Virus record (IMG/VR): IMGVR_UViG_3300049855_000348
Location: 1-64,000 of that record
DNA length: 64,000 nucleotides
Direction: 5' to 3' (one strand)
A program made the translations under genes and the position numbers. Below the pieces are notes generated by a model. The model was given only the letters and a program-made list of their open reading frames with translations, made no database searches and had not been told where the DNA came from. Of this stretch, positions 63,041 to 64,000 are shown in pieces (position 1 is the first letter of the stretch; every line of letters begins with the position of its first letter).

Positions 63041-64000
63041 TGTCTCTTCAGGCGAACATCAATGTCCCTGGCCTGATCACGCTGAACTACCCCTACCAAG
63101 GGCAGTCCATCACCAGCCACGTTCGCTTGGCCGGCAACGTCATCATCCCGGACAAGGACAGCCTGCCCGCTGGTACCGATTACCTGATGGAGCAGTTGTC
63201 TCCTGGTGATCAATTGTTGGTCCTGCCGAGCCACGCTCTCTACGGCAAGACCTACAACATCAAGGACATCACCTACTACATGGACGGTGTTGCGGTTCGT
63301 CAGGTGGACTACACCGAAGACGAGATCCGCACCTACCGTTTCAACGATGACTACCTCTCGGTGTTCTACGGTGATGAGATCTCTGAAGGCAATCACGTCT
63401 ACACCATCGTGGTGACGGCCTACTCATCGCAGAACCCTGGCATCATCATCTACGACAGCCTCGAATTGAATTTCGTCTACGATCTGGCCAGCAACAGCAT
63501 CAAGACGATGCTCGATGCCATCACGCCTCAGCCATTCCTTGGTGCTGATGATCACCAGACGATCATGTACGCTTTGGACTACGTCCTCACGAAGCGCACT
63601 GAAGGCTCGCTGAAGACTGACATCGACTTCCTCGGCAGTCTCTACGATCTCGACAAAATCCCCGACTACCTGATCCCGTTCCTCGCCAAGACCATCGGCT
63701 ACGACTACTTCGCTGGTCTCCTCGGCAACGGTGACAGCATTCGTGAAGAACTGCGTTTCCTGCCTGACTGGCAGAAGTCTGTCGGTACCAAGGAAAGCAT
63801 CCTGGTCCTACTGCGTGCCCTGGCCATCTCAGGTAACATCGTTCCGCTCTACCTTGATCTCCAGAACAAGACTTTGGTCACTGGTGCCAAGCAGCGGTAC
63901 TTGCAGACCGACAGCACCAGCTTCCCAGCACAGACCAAACAAGCTCGTTGGACCATTCCACTCGTCCAACAGAACTTCGTCACCACGTCGATCAATCACA
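63040..64000 (+). CDS. Baseplate wedge gp7 / P2 gpI-like protein (3'-partial)
   Basis: Open to the window end; LYDLD.IP..LIPFLA..IG...W.K.VGT..SI..LL. Confidence 0.75.
   Translation, partial: MSLQANINVPGLITLNYPYQGQSITSHVRLAGNVIIPDKDSLPAGTDYLMEQLSPGDQLLVLPSHALYGKTYNIKDITYYMDGVAVRQVDYTEDEIRTYRFNDDYLSVFYGDEISEGNHVYTIVVTAYSSQNPGIIIYDSLELNFVYDLASNSIKTMLDAITPQPFLGADDHQTIMYALDYVLTKRTEGSLKTDIDFLGSLYDLDKIPDYLIPFLAKTIGYDYFAGLLGNGDSIREELRFLPDWQKSVGTKESILVLLRALAISGNIVPLYLDLQNKTLVTGAKQRYLQTDSTSFPAQTKQARWTIPLVQQNFVTTSINH

Noticed and set aside
1-64000. Stop-codon reassignment (code 15 or 4), suggested by a phage release factor and many tRNAs
   Set aside because: Long conserved genes such as dnaE and the tape measure are intact in code 11. 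TAA, TAG and TGA all end genes, and there is no canonical CTA or TCA anticodon tRNA.

Overview
This window is a segment of a large (jumbo-type) myovirus genome read in standard code 11. Contractile-tail and baseplate genes (hub, tape measure, LysM/gp53-like, PAAR, gp5-like, gp25-like, baseplate J, gpI-like) and probable head proteins are interleaved with short early genes, DnaE, a DinG helicase, a MazG-like enzyme, a Tad1-like anti-Thoeris sponge, a RelA/SpoT-like plus HD pair and an AT-rich glycosyltransferase island. Two promoter classes recur: 14 sigma70-like TTGAC(T/A)-N16-TAnnnT sites, mostly leaderless, and about 10 late TAGATA sites. The main finding is a translation-backup system. About 37 tRNA genes covering all 20 amino acids are split into two arrays: 17 amino acids on + (18.5-23.1 kb) and only Ser/Leu/Tyr on - (39.9-40.8 kb). 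Each array sits behind a short leader ORF, an antiterminator and an intrinsic terminator. The - leader has 14 consecutive Ser/Leu/Tyr codons. The + leader has 43 consecutive codons with no Ser/Leu/Tyr that include all 17 other amino acids. This looks like ribosome-mediated attenuation of tRNA operons. Next to the + array is an RF1-type (PPT/GGQ) release factor interrupted by an RF2-style GGAGG-N3-CTT-TGA +1 frameshift site. The + array also holds several non-canonical tRNA-like RNAs: two 80-nt rewired tRNAs (Arg-CCT, Ile-TAT), six copies of a novel internal-loop module, and YrlA-like permuted folds. Protein family calls come from motif recall and RNA folds were done by eye; no searches were run.
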